Assembly: GCA_964387375.1 (NCBI GenBank)
Contig: CAYLWB010000001.1
Location: 38,514-102,513, forward strand
DNA length: 64,000 bases
Direction: 5' to 3'
DNA from: an uncultured Candidatus Peribacteria bacterium
Lineage (GTDB): Bacteria; Patescibacteriota; Gracilibacteria; UBA1369; 2-02-FULL-48-14
Shown here: one piece after another, positions 9,022 through 18,780 of the stretch
Position numbering within the stretch: the first letter of the stretch is position 1
Layout of the letters: each line of letters begins with the position of its first letter
Program-made: the position numbers and the translations under genes
The notes under the pieces: generated by a model
What the model was told of the DNA's origin: nothing
Database searches by the model: none
What the model saw: the letters and a program-made list of their open reading frames with translations, nothing else

Positions 9022-12000
9022 ATGACAAGATTAACTTTTTCGATGAACGTCATCCCCAGTCATCCTATCGAAAGGAACGAGACTCAGGCAGAGGCACCTA
9101 AGGCCAGTTCAGAAGTGGGGAAGGCCGCTGTTGACCGACAATTAACGGGAATGGAGCTAAAAGCAACTTTGGATGCTTTTGATCCAGGCAAACCTCTTTC
9201 TGAACAGCCCACAACTGAACGTAGTCTGGAATTTTTACTCGACAAGCTCCTTGCAAAAGGGATTCAGGCTGGCGGAAAAATGGAAGAATTTAGAGCCAAT
9301 CCAGATCTCCTTAAAACCTATAAAAGTAAGGAAGATGAAGGAAATGAAGATTTGGCTGTTGAGCTTTTAAAGAAAGCTATTGCAGGCAATAAAGCTTGGT
9401 GGGAAGCCTTCACCAAGGCAGCAGAAGGGCGGCACAAAACCTACGTGGAAACTGTGCAAGCCATCGACAAAAATGAAGAACCTGGATGGATGGAAACCTA
9501 CGGCCCTTATGGGAAATATCTATTGCTGGGAGTGGGTGCTTATAGCGCTTACCAGCTTCTTTTCGGTAAAAAAAGCGATACGTGGGGGCAAGCTTTAACA
9601 CGTACCGTTAAAAATAGTGCTCTCACTGTGATTGGGTTGGGGGGATTTTTGAATGCCGAAAAAATTGACGACTGGGCTTTGAATTGGGGTCTCGACATGA
9701 ATTGGAAAACCCTTGCAGCTTTCTTCAGTGGAGGCGGCTTTGCCGTTTTCGATCTTGCTAAAAAATTTCCAGGCTTTTCCGAAACTGTAGAACTTTTGAA
9801 CGTGAACCCTCACACACTTTACAACCTGAAAGATAAAAAAATAGGTGATTTAAAATCTCAAGCCAATGCTCTGCACAAAGCCGGAGAGAGCATTCTTGGC
9901 TCAGGTCTAGCTTCGATTTCCTCCGTTTTAGGAGTGGATTTAGCCAAACAGGTTGGCGTTGATCTACGAGATAAAAAAACAATCGCTGAGGAGGAACTCA
10001 TTTTAGATTTCATCAATCTCAACCAAGGGCGTGTGAGTGGAGACCTAGATCAGCTAACGGTAGGCGCTTTTCTTGCTCAACTCGAAACACAAGGACTCTT
10101 CAAGCCAGGTGTAGCAAAGAAACTCAGTGAAACCAATGACTCTCCTGATGATCCAGGCTTGAACCTGCCAGACATGCCAGCTTCTTCTGAAGAAGAAAAA
10201 GCATGGTTCCCCAATACGGTTGAGGCAATCTGGTCAGAAGAATTCTCCCCAGAAGCTGTATTTGCAGGCGTCATTGCTGATGGGGCAAGCTTGGTGGGTT
10301 TAGAAGGAGGTCTTTATCTGATTAAAGAAGATCGAGCCACTCTACTCAGTACTCCAGCCGTTGTTACGGAATCTTTCAGAGATCTTGCAGAAATGTATTC
10401 TGGCGAAAAATCACTGTCTCAAGGAAGCTTCCAAATTTTAGAGCGACAAACAGAATGGGTTTTCAATGGGGGAGGAAAAGCTGTCGTTGAGGGCACTGCG
10501 ATCTACAGGACCATCCAAGGACTTAAAACCACATGGAATCCAGTTAAATTGGCTGGAATAGCCACACGAGGCGCTTGGGAAGGGGGCAAACACAGCATGC
10601 GACTACTTTTCACATTGAGTGGAGAAGTACCCGGAAGAATAGCCCTAGCAGGAGCACGCCAACTCTCAGTCGATAATTTACGAGCTCTATCGTATTCAGC
10701 AGCAGAAGTCATGAGAATGACAGCAGAGGGGAAGCAGGCTGTTCAACATGCACGAGCCGTTTGGCATGCAAATGAATTCAGGCGTCTCAGCGACCTTCTC
10801 AACGTCATGGCCGATGGTTCTGTTAGCATAAAAGGAGCAAAAGGGGCTTTGTATCGCATGTTTAGGGATCCGGAAAAACTAAAACAGGCCATGAGCTACC
10901 ATGCTAAAGAGTTTTTCAAAACAAGCGAGGCTTTCCAGAAATCAAAACTGGGATTTACGAAACAGATTTCTGAAGCGGCCCAATTTGGACCAGAAGAAAT
11001 CGTCAAACAAATGGTCAATGTTAAAGAGAAAATGTCTCGATTCTTCCAACTGCATCCAGATTATCGAATGCCATTACAGCCATTTACTAAGATTCTTGAA
11101 GTGGGAAAGGTTGTAGGAGGAAAACTTTATGAGGGTGCGGAACTAGCTTTGAATAAAATTGGATTAGGAGAATACATAGGCAAGATCAAGGCTATGGACC
11201 TTCCAGAAGGGCGTTTGAAGGAACTCGTTGCCGCTTTAACAAAATCTCCAGAGAAAATAGCCGCTTTTAAAACAGCTATTGGGACCAAATATGAACTGCT
11301 CAAGGCTTCTCTCAAACTGAACGGAGCAAAAGCGCTACCCGCAGCAATGGTGCTCCACACCTTCTATTCTTATCGCGGGGCAGGGGAGGCAGAAAAAGCA
11401 GATGAAGCCGTTCATTTAGCCTGGAATCTTGGTTTTTTGGGGGCAGACTTAAAGCTCGCTGCAGGCACATCAGCACGTTACGGAAAAAATCCTTTGGTCT
11501 TTCTCGGCCTTTTTGGAGCCCAAGTTTTAGGGAATGGCTACTATGATTCGAATTGGAAGCCCCATCTAGATAAATACTACCCCAATCGAAATGAATGGCT
11601 AACGAAAGGCTGGACCGGAGACGTAGCTTCTTTAGTTTCTTTTGAAGCTCTTTTAAATGCGGCGCGTTATGCAGACAGCTTAGATGACACTTTTGGTTGG
11701 GACACCTCCGATGAAACAATATATGCCACAACTGATCCCTTAGAATACTTGGATAGAGGTGGAAAAGCCCTGACTCCTGGGACAATCAGTCAGGCCTGGT
11801 GGAGTTGGCATTCTCCTGCAACAGAGAATTGGAAATCACCGATCCAAGACATTAAATTTTATGATCTCGCGAAGCTGCAGAAGATGGCTAAGCAAGCTGC
11901 CGACCAAAAACGTGCAGAATTGGACAGTCTATCTCCAGACGATGTCATTCGACGCCAAGTCCTAGAAGAAGAAATCAAAGTGATCGATGGGATGGCTGAT

Positions 12001-12390
12001 CTTGGAGAGCCCGAGAAAGGGATTCCACCTCAATGGATGCTCCAAAAAGACTTAGAATTAGCCCAAGAACAGGAAGAAGTGATTCAGCCAATACATGATG
12101 CATTTGAGGCTTATGTGTCTGCAATGATCCCAAAAGACGGCCCTGCGGCATTTGACAAAATTATAGAACGTATTCAAAAAACAGGAGAATTTCATATAGA
12201 AGGCCCTCAAGAACAAGCTCTCTGGGAAGTCATCTTTGAAAAAGGATTCAATATGAACGGGGAGGAAATGCGGTTCCCAAGTTTTATAGGAATTTTAGTA
12301 GGATTCTCAAAGAGAAAATTGCAGCTGCAAAAATTGCTAGAACCTTTTGATAGGAAGAGGCAAGAGGTCATGAGTAAGCTCGTTGCATAA
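9022..12390 (+). CDS. large hypothetical protein (1122 aa), no recognisable domain
   Basis: Uninterrupted ORF 18 nt downstream of elp3 on the same strand. Lys/Glu/Ala-rich, with several hydrophobic Gly-rich segments (YGKYLLLGVGAYSAYQLLF, ALTVIGLGGFL, LAAFFSGGGFAVF, NPLVFLGLFGAQVLG) and an acidic, coiled-coil-like C-terminus. No signal peptide. Confidence 0.6.
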   Translation: MTRLTFSMNVIPSHPIERNETQAEAPKASSEVGKAAVDRQLTGMELKATLDAFDPGKPLSEQPTTERSLEFLLDKLLAKGIQAGGKMEEFRANPDLLKTYKSKEDEGNEDLAVELLKKAIAGNKAWWEAFTKAAEGRHKTYVETVQAIDKNEEPGWMETYGPYGKYLLLGVGAYSAYQLLFGKKSDTWGQALTRTVKNSALTVIGLGGFLNAEKIDDWALNWGLDMNWKTLAAFFSGGGFAVFDLAKKFPGFSETVELLNVNPHTLYNLKDKKIGDLKSQANALHKAGESILGSGLASISSVLGVDLAKQVGVDLRDKKTIAEEELILDFINLNQGRVSGDLDQLTVGAFLAQLETQGLFKPGVAKKLSETNDSPDDPGLNLPDMPASSEEEKAWFPNTVEAIWSEEFSPEAVFAGVIADGASLVGLEGGLYLIKEDRATLLSTPAVVTESFRDLAEMYSGEKSLSQGSFQILERQTEWVFNGGGKAVVEGTAIYRTIQGLKTTWNPVKLAGIATRGAWEGGKHSMRLLFTLSGEVPGRIALAGARQLSVDNLRALSYSAAEVMRMTAEGKQAVQHARAVWHANEFRRLSDLLNVMADGSVSIKGAKGALYRMFRDPEKLKQAMSYHAKEFFKTSEAFQKSKLGFTKQISEAAQFGPEEIVKQMVNVKEKMSRFFQLHPDYRMPLQPFTKILEVGKVVGGKLYEGAELALNKIGLGEYIGKIKAMDLPEGRLKELVAALTKSPEKIAAFKTAIGTKYELLKASLKLNGAKALPAAMVLHTFYSYRGAGEAEKADEAVHLAWNLGFLGADLKLAAGTSARYGKNPLVFLGLFGAQVLGNGYYDSNWKPHLDKYYPNRNEWLTKGWTGDVASLVSFEALLNAARYADSLDDTFGWDTSDETIYATTDPLEYLDRGGKALTPGTISQAWWSWHSPATENWKSPIQDIKFYDLAKLQKMAKQAADQKRAELDSLSPDDVIRRQVLEEEIKVIDGMADLGEPEKGIPPQWMLQKDLELAQEQEEVIQPIHDAFEAYVSAMIPKDGPAAFDKIIERIQKTGEFHIEGPQEQALWEVIFEKGFNMNGEEMRFPSFIGILVGFSKRKLQLQKLLEPFDRKRQEVMSKLVA

Positions 12391-12541
12391 TGAGGAAAGG
12401 GGGTCTAGGATTGAACATCAATAATCCCGCACAATATATCTTGTGCGAAGTTAATAGTATAGAAATAAACCTGTTAAAACTTTCGATTTAACGCGTTTTC
12501 GGCTGCGGAGTCGACTTCTACATCGTCTCTCGCCCACTAAA

Positions 12542-12583
12542 AAGAGCCCTCAAAAATGAATTCAAGGACTCTTTAGGTTTTTT
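12542..12583. terminator. possible bidirectional intrinsic terminator
   Basis: Imperfect hairpin AAGAGCCC...GGACTCTT followed by TTTTTT on the + strand and preceded by an A-run (a T-run on the - strand). It sits between the convergent genes ending at 12390 and 12590. Confidence 0.4.
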
Positions 12584-12589
12584 AAAAAA

Positions 12590-13204
12590 CTAGTACGTCA
12601 CTTTGATTTGGCTTGCCCCTCCATTTGGAAAATTAGGATGGTTCGCTGAAATGTTTCGATTTTCTCCATTTGGATTTTCTCCAACAATGTCTTGATGAAC
12701 ATTTTCAATATCAAAGTAAAGACTCAAAGGATATTCTAGATTTAAATCACGACTAGAAAGATCTAATTCTAAGTAAAGTGTAGAAACATGCTTTTTTTGC
12801 AACAAAAATTCAATATCGTCAAATTCTACGTAGCCATTTGAATCAATAGACTCCCAAGAGCTCCACTCATTGCTATTCAAGTCAATCAAACGTACAGCTG
12901 AAACAATTTCGTTGGCATAGACGGGATTTCCTTCCAAGTTTTCGGAACCCCAAGTGTAACTTCCATTATTATCTACGTCCATTTTTACCCTCAAAGTTAG
13001 GCTTTGCATCATGATGTCTTCATGAACGGGTCGAAAACTGAATCCTGTGGCAACAACATCTTGGGTTCCATAAGTGTAGTAATGGTTCCCCAAAGTGTCG
13101 CTGGCAAGACGTACACGGTCAATCGCTACAGGACTTGCGTGAGTTAGAGGTGCTGTACTCGCTAAAATGGCGAGCAGCAAAGTAGATCCAAGCAGACGTT
13201 TCAT
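12590..13204 (-). CDS. secreted hypothetical protein
   Basis: Start placed at MKRLLGSTLLLAILASTAPLTHA, a classic signal peptide. The rest is beta-rich and acidic. The track ORF extends to 13258. Confidence 0.55.
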   Translation of the reverse strand: MKRLLGSTLLLAILASTAPLTHASPVAIDRVRLASDTLGNHYYTYGTQDVVATGFSFRPVHEDIMMQSLTLRVKMDVDNNGSYTWGSENLEGNPVYANEIVSAVRLIDLNSNEWSSWESIDSNGYVEFDDIEFLLQKKHVSTLYLELDLSSRDLNLEYPLSLYFDIENVHQDIVGENPNGENRNISANHPNFPNGGASQIKVTY

Positions 13205-13270
13205 AGTATTGTGATTAAAGAATAATACTACGAATACAAAAACTCGGATTGCCTCCAAAGGTTGCGCTAC

Positions 13271-15238
13271 TTAGATTGACATACCTAAAGATCGTTTTGC
13301 GGCACTACGCGCTCTTTCTAAAAGAGCAGCATCCCCAAAAGAGGCCATCTTAAGATCTGGGAGTCCACTTTGCTTGACTCCATATACTTCTCCAGGACCA
13401 CGCATTGCAAGATCTAATTCAGCCAATGCAAAGCCAGAAGCATGTCTTACCATGTGGTTCAAACGCTCTAAAGCTTCTGGGGAACTGCTGTCGGAGAAAA
13501 GAAAACAGTAGGATTGATGACTCCCCCGCCCCACTCGCCCACGGAATTGATGGAGCTGAGCCAGTCCAAAGCGTTCGGCTCCTTCAATGATCATGATCGT
13601 GGCATTGGGCACGTCGATGCCCACTTCAACAACTGAAGTAGAGACTAAAATGTCCGTTTCCCCTGCAGAAAAAGCCTTCATCACTGCCTCTTTTTCTTCG
13701 GCCTTCATGCGACCATGTAAAAGTGCGAGTTTGTGTTGAGGAAAAATGTCTTTTTGAAGACGTTCATATTCTTCGGTTGCAGCCTTCACCTCAATCACTT
13801 CGGATTCCTCAACGAGAGGGCAAATGATAAAAACTTGTCGTCCTTTTGCGATCTGATCGGAAACCCAAAAATAGGCATCGTTCCGTTTTATTTCTGGAAC
13901 AATTCGAGTGATGATTTCTTGGCGACCTGGGGGCCATTCATCGAGTATAGAAAGGTCTTGATCCCCATAAATGGTGAGGGCAAGAGTCCGTGGGATTGGC
14001 GTTGCAGAGAGAGTTAAAAAATGTGGAGTGCCATGACTTTTGAGAGCCTCGCGCTGTTCAACTCCAAAACGATGTTGTTCATCCACGACAGCCACACCTA
14101 AGTTGGCAAAGCTTACACCTTCCTGAATGAGCGCATGGGTTCCAATCACTAAATCACAGGTTCCTGTCGCAATTTGACGCAGCACTTCTTGATGATCTTT
14201 CGTACCTAAAGAGCCAACCAACAACTGAATATTCATTCCAAAAGCTCCTAAGAGCTTGCTCAAACTGGAGTAGTGTTGACGGGCCAAGATTTCGGTAGGA
14301 GCCATTAAGACCCCCTGTTTGTTATTTATTTTTGCCAAATAGAGTGCAGCTGCGGCTAAAACTGTTTTTCCAGCTCCCACATCACCTTGCACCAAACGAG
14401 TCATTGGGTAAGGTTTTTGGAAGTCTTCCAGGATTTCTTGAAGCACGCGTTTTTGCGCACCAGTCAAAACAAAGGGGATGCTCTCCAAAAAGGCAGCAAG
14501 CTCTAAACGTTGAAGTTGTCCCTCCCCTCCTTCAAAACTCTTTTGCCATTCTTGTTTGCGTTGCAAAGCAGCAACTTGGAGCTGGAATAATTCGTCGAAA
14601 GCCAAACGTTCTTTTGCTTTTTCCAAAGTACGTTCATCTTGGGCAAAATGAACGTGGTAAATGGCTTCAGAAAGAGGTAAAAGCCCCTCTTCATCCCGCA
14701 GTAAAATGGGCAAAGTTTCTTCAAAAAGTTTTGCGTAGGGAAGAAATTTAAAGATCTTTTCTCGTAACCATTTTGAGGTGATTTCACCGCTTTCGGGATA
14801 AACGGGAACAATACGTCCCGTATGCAATAAATGTTCGGATGGTCTTTCGTATCCTGGACTCATTAAAATCTGTTTTCCATTTTCTATCTTAAGTTTACCT
14901 GTCAAAATAATAGGACTGCCTTTGTGGAAGAGTTGTTTGAGGTGCCCCTGATTGAACCACAGCACGGGGATTTCTCCGCTGGAATCCGCCACCACCGCAC
15001 GCGTCATCGTTTTGCCACTCCGTGTGAGTTTAGTGAGTAAAGAAATAATCTTACCCTGAATCACATTCACTTCATCGGTACGCATTTCATTGATGAGTGT
15101 GAAGTTTTGCTCGTCACGGTAGCCACGAGGAAAATACGTTAAAAGGTCACGCAAAGTTTGAATGCCCATTTCCTTGAGTTTTTGGATATAGGATTCACGA
15201 GTCCCTAATAATTTGGCATCCAGACGTTGATCGAGCAT
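13271..15238 (-). CDS. recG: ATP-dependent DNA helicase RecG
   Basis: N-terminal wedge/OB region, Walker A GDVGAGKT, DEQHRFGV, SATPIPRT, QLHQFRGRVGRG. Confidence 0.9.
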   Translation of the reverse strand: MLDQRLDAKLLGTRESYIQKLKEMGIQTLRDLLTYFPRGYRDEQNFTLINEMRTDEVNVIQGKIISLLTKLTRSGKTMTRAVVADSSGEIPVLWFNQGHLKQLFHKGSPIILTGKLKIENGKQILMSPGYERPSEHLLHTGRIVPVYPESGEITSKWLREKIFKFLPYAKLFEETLPILLRDEEGLLPLSEAIYHVHFAQDERTLEKAKERLAFDELFQLQVAALQRKQEWQKSFEGGEGQLQRLELAAFLESIPFVLTGAQKRVLQEILEDFQKPYPMTRLVQGDVGAGKTVLAAAALYLAKINNKQGVLMAPTEILARQHYSSLSKLLGAFGMNIQLLVGSLGTKDHQEVLRQIATGTCDLVIGTHALIQEGVSFANLGVAVVDEQHRFGVEQREALKSHGTPHFLTLSATPIPRTLALTIYGDQDLSILDEWPPGRQEIITRIVPEIKRNDAYFWVSDQIAKGRQVFIICPLVEESEVIEVKAATEEYERLQKDIFPQHKLALLHGRMKAEEKEAVMKAFSAGETDILVSTSVVEVGIDVPNATIMIIEGAERFGLAQLHQFRGRVGRGSHQSYCFLFSDSSSPEALERLNHMVRHASGFALAELDLAMRGPGEVYGVKQSGLPDLKMASFGDAALLERARSAAKRSLGMSI

Positions 15239-15275
15239 GACAAAATGCTAACAGAAAACGCCTTGAACTTGAAGT

Positions 15276-16478
15276 TTAGACCAAAATGTAAACAAATTTT
15301 CGCTTCCCAACTTGGAGCAAGGTTTTTTCTTCGGAGAGTTCTATGGCTTCCTCGATCTCTTCCACTTTCTCCCCATTCACCTTCACGGCACCTGCTTCTA
15401 CAAGACGCCGTGCATCGCTCTTAGATGCTGCAAGTTTGAGTTCACTTATGAGGTCCACGATATTCCAGTCCTTTTCCTTCAACTTCACTTCTTCAATGTC
15501 GTCGGGGATTTCTTTCTTTTGGAACACAGTTTTAAAATGTTCTTCAGCTTTTTGAGCGGCTTCCTCTCCGCGGTATAAAGTCACAATTTTTCGTCCCAAT
15601 TCCATTTTGAGGTCTCGTGGATTTTCGCCACTTTCCAAGCGTTTTTTGCAAGCAGCACATTCTTCAGCAGAAGCGCGAGCAGCGAGTTCAAAGTAGTTCA
15701 GAATCAGTTCGTCAGGAATCGACATCACTTTACCAAAAATATCTTCAGGGCTGTCGTCCACGGCGATGTAGTTCCCAGTACTCTTCCCCATCTTCATAGA
15801 GCCATCGGTTCCAATCAAAATAGGTACAGTCAGAATGTTTTGAGGTTCTTGGCCGTAAGCCTTTTGGAGGGTGCGCCCCGCAAGCAAGTTGAAGGTTTGG
15901 TCGGTTCCACCCAGTTCCACATCGGCTTTGAGTGCCACGGAATCGTAACCCTGCATCAAAGGGTACATGAATTCGTGCATGGATATCGGCTGATTGTTCT
16001 TGATGCGCTCTTGAAACATGTCTCGCTCGAGCATTTGTGCCACAGTGAACTGTGAAGAGAGAAGTACCACATCACTGAAGTTCAATGGAGCAAGCCAATC
16101 GGCATTCCAGCGCACCTCAATTTTATCCACGTCGAGGATGTGAGAGACTTGACGGACATAATGTTCCGCATTTTTTTCAAGCTCTTGCTGCGTGCGCATG
16201 CCTCGAGTCTCATTTTTTCCGGTAGGATCCCCTATTTGACCTGTAAAGTTTCCAAAAAGCAGAATGATTTGATGGCCTAACTCTTGAAATTCTCGAAGCT
16301 TGTGCACCACCACCATATGGCCTAAATGGAGATCAAATCCAGTAGGATCGATTCCCAGCTTGATACGGAGTTGTTTTCCACTCATCAATTTTCTCTTGAG
16401 ATCATCACGAACAATCACTTCCGCAACTCCCAAACTGAGCAGGCGATCGACAGCTTTTTCGTCGGTAATAACTGGCAT
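15276..16478 (-). CDS. tyrS: tyrosine--tRNA ligase
   Basis: HIGH-type motif GIDPTGFDLHLGHMV, KMGKS, and a C-terminal S4 domain (RRLVEAGAVKVNGEKV). Confidence 0.95.
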   Translation of the reverse strand: MPVITDEKAVDRLLSLGVAEVIVRDDLKRKLMSGKQLRIKLGIDPTGFDLHLGHMVVVHKLREFQELGHQIILLFGNFTGQIGDPTGKNETRGMRTQQELEKNAEHYVRQVSHILDVDKIEVRWNADWLAPLNFSDVVLLSSQFTVAQMLERDMFQERIKNNQPISMHEFMYPLMQGYDSVALKADVELGGTDQTFNLLAGRTLQKAYGQEPQNILTVPILIGTDGSMKMGKSTGNYIAVDDSPEDIFGKVMSIPDELILNYFELAARASAEECAACKKRLESGENPRDLKMELGRKIVTLYRGEEAAQKAEEHFKTVFQKKEIPDDIEEVKLKEKDWNIVDLISELKLAASKSDARRLVEAGAVKVNGEKVEEIEEAIELSEEKTLLQVGKRKFVYILV

Positions 16479-16540
16479 GGCTGATCAGGTAAAAAAGTGC
16501 TAGACTTCAGCTCAAGCACACTAACAAAGCTCCTTTTCAA

Positions 16541-17446
16541 ATGCAATTTCAAAGTTTACTGGTAGAGGAAAAAGACCGAGGTGAAAGACTGGATTCTTTT
16601 CTTTCAAAAAAGTTGGGAATCTCTCGAAGCAATGCCCAAACTCTCATCGAGAATGGAAACGTTCGTTTGAACCATAAAAGTCCTAAAAAAAGTGGTGCTG
16701 TTTTGGCAACGAACGACTTCGTACATTATCGGAAAGAAATCAAGCCCAGCCAATTGGAAGCTCAGGACATCCCTTTAAACATCCTATTTGAAGATTCAGA
16801 GCTTTTGGTCATCAACAAGGCTCCTGGCATCGTGGTACACCCCAACGAAACAGGCCATTACAGTGGAACCATTGCAAACGCCATTTTAGCTCACTGCAAA
16901 GAGCTGGTCTCTAAAGGCTATAGACCTGGCATAGTCCACCGTCTTGATAAAGACACATCAGGGGCACTTTTAATTGCAAAAACAGAAGCCAGTCTACAGG
17001 AGTTGAGCAAGCTTTTTCACGATAGAAAAGTTCACAAAACCTACTGGGCGCTGGTTAGCGGTAAACCAAAAACGGAAGAAGGAAGTATCGACGCCCCCAT
17101 TCAGCGTGACACTAAAAGCCGTCAACGCATGGCCATTCATGCTCAGGGCCGCCATGCACTCACTTCTTTCAAAATTTTAGAAGTGTATGTTGGGGCAACT
17201 CTACTCGAAGTAAAAATTGAAACAGGGAGAACTCATCAAATTCGTCTCCATTTGGCGAGCATCGGACACCCCGTTTTGGGCGATCCAGTCTATGGAGACA
17301 ATAAGATCAACAAAACCTTTGCAAGTAAGTATGATTTGAAGCGTCAATTTTTGCATGCAAAAAGTATCGAGTTTGAGGGTAGACATTTCGAAGCACCCTT
17401 AGCTCCAGACCTAAAAACGGTCTTAGACCAGTTAAAAAAACATTGA
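16541..17446 (+). CDS. RluA-family 23S rRNA pseudouridine synthase (RluD-like)
   Basis: N-terminal S4 domain (RLDSFLSKKLGISRSNAQTLIENGNVRLN), catalytic HRLDKDTSGALLIAKT, GRTHQIRLHLA. Confidence 0.9.
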   Translation: MQFQSLLVEEKDRGERLDSFLSKKLGISRSNAQTLIENGNVRLNHKSPKKSGAVLATNDFVHYRKEIKPSQLEAQDIPLNILFEDSELLVINKAPGIVVHPNETGHYSGTIANAILAHCKELVSKGYRPGIVHRLDKDTSGALLIAKTEASLQELSKLFHDRKVHKTYWALVSGKPKTEEGSIDAPIQRDTKSRQRMAIHAQGRHALTSFKILEVYVGATLLEVKIETGRTHQIRLHLASIGHPVLGDPVYGDNKINKTFASKYDLKRQFLHAKSIEFEGRHFEAPLAPDLKTVLDQLKKH

Positions 17447-18780
17447 TGAGACTCTTTCTATTAGGCATGGGGCCTCTCCCCTGCGAAAAAAATATCCTCA
17501 CTCAAACTGCTTTTGGTCTTCGCACTTGGCAATTCCTTTCTGTTCTACGCGAATGGAAAGGCAAATGTCGTCTTGTTTTGCTGACTCGTAGAGAGCATTA
17601 CAAAGATGCACCAAAACTGCAAAAATGGGAGGTTTTGACTCTCTTTGGAACTTCGGTCGAAGTTCTCCATCTAGATAAAGATGCACGTGGTTTTAAAAAA
17701 GAGCTTAAAAAAGCTTATGACGGATTTGATCCAACTCTTGCCGTAGCAGTCAACCCTTTTGCCTCTGCTGTACTGGCAGAACTCGAACCTAAGGTTCCTT
17801 TTTGGGCTGATCTCAATGGTTGGGTAATGGCTGAAGCACAAAGTCAGGCTTTTATCGATCAAAACGATAGTTATCTTTCGGTCTGGTGGGAGCGTGAAAA
17901 AAAGGTGCTCGAACAAGCTGACCGTATTTCCACGGTATCTGAAGCCCAAAAACTAGCCACTCTAGGAGAATTAGCCTCCCTCCAACGTCTGAATGCAAAA
18001 ACGGAAGAAGAAACTCTTGTGTACACGATCCCCAATGCTAACGAATTGCCCAACATCAGAAAAAAGACTCCAGTCTGGAGAGCAAGACTTCCTGAAGATG
18101 CCTTTATTGTCTTTTTCTCTGGAGCCTACAATACTTGGCTAGATGAAGAGACTCTATTTAAAGGTGTAGAAGCAGCCATGAAGGAAAGTACAAAGCTGCA
18201 TTTTGTATCTACGGGAGGTGCGGTAGCAAACCTAGCCAATCAAGTTTTTGAAAGGTTTCAACAACGTTGTAAAAACAGTTCCTTTTCAGATCGTTTCCAC
18301 TTTTTGGGCTGGCTAGACTCTGAGGAGCTACAGGAAAGTTATGATTGTGTGGATTTGGGAATAAATGTTGATCGGGACAACAACGAAGCTTGTTTTGGAG
18401 CCCGAAATCGTATAAACGAGTGGGTCCACTACGAGCTCCCTGTTTGTAGCACCGTCCTGACTGAAGTAGCACGTGGTTTCAACCAAGTAGAAGGCATTTT
18501 AGCTTTTGAGGCAGGCAATCCAAATGATCTTAAGAAGACCTTACTCAAAGCAATGACCTTAGATTTGAATTCCTTCGCAAAACGAGCCAAGGCTTATGCT
18601 GAGAAGGAATGGTCCTACGAAAAAACCACAAAACCTCTGCTGGCATGGTTAAAGACCCCAGTTTTTGCCAAAGATAAGCTTTACAAGCCTTCCAGTTCTT
18701 TACTAGGTCGCCTCCATTTCCGAATCAAACGAGACGGACTTGGGTTTCTTTTAAAATGGTTATGGAAAAAGCTTCGATAA
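17443..18780 (+). CDS. GT-B fold glycosyltransferase (GT4-like C-terminal domain)
   Basis: ATGA overlap with the preceding gene. The C-terminal half FLGWLDSEELQESYDCVDLGINVDRDNNEACFGARNRINEWVHYELPV resembles the GT1/GT4 nucleotide-sugar binding domain. The N-terminal half is not assignable. Confidence 0.55.
   Translation: MMRLFLLGMGPLPCEKNILTQTAFGLRTWQFLSVLREWKGKCRLVLLTRREHYKDAPKLQKWEVLTLFGTSVEVLHLDKDARGFKKELKKAYDGFDPTLAVAVNPFASAVLAELEPKVPFWADLNGWVMAEAQSQAFIDQNDSYLSVWWEREKKVLEQADRISTVSEAQKLATLGELASLQRLNAKTEEETLVYTIPNANELPNIRKKTPVWRARLPEDAFIVFFSGAYNTWLDEETLFKGVEAAMKESTKLHFVSTGGAVANLANQVFERFQQRCKNSSFSDRFHFLGWLDSEELQESYDCVDLGINVDRDNNEACFGARNRINEWVHYELPVCSTVLTEVARGFNQVEGILAFEAGNPNDLKKTLLKAMTLDLNSFAKRAKAYAEKEWSYEKTTKPLLAWLKTPVFAKDKLYKPSSSLLGRLHFRIKRDGLGFLLKWLWKKLR

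Noticed and set aside
9018-9023. TATAAT hexamer overlapping the ATG of the 1122-aa ORF, suggesting a promoter and a downstream leaderless start at 9043
   Set aside because: I found no acceptable -35 at 16-18 nt, and the gene is only 18 nt from elp3, so co-transcription is simpler. The start codon remains uncertain but the promoter call is not supportable.
12391-12541. 150-nt non-coding stretch after the giant ORF, with small hairpins (CGCACAA-tatatc-TTGTGCG at 12428-12447) as a possible sRNA
   Set aside because: There is no promoter-plus-terminator pair framing it. The hairpin lacks a U-tract, and I see no resemblance to known RNA families (SRP, tmRNA, 6S, RNase P). The evidence is insufficient to call an ncRNA.
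16479-16540. Looked for a T-box leader upstream of tyrS
   Set aside because: The divergent intergenic region is only 62 nt, far too short for a T-box riboswitch, and it lacks the T-box consensus.
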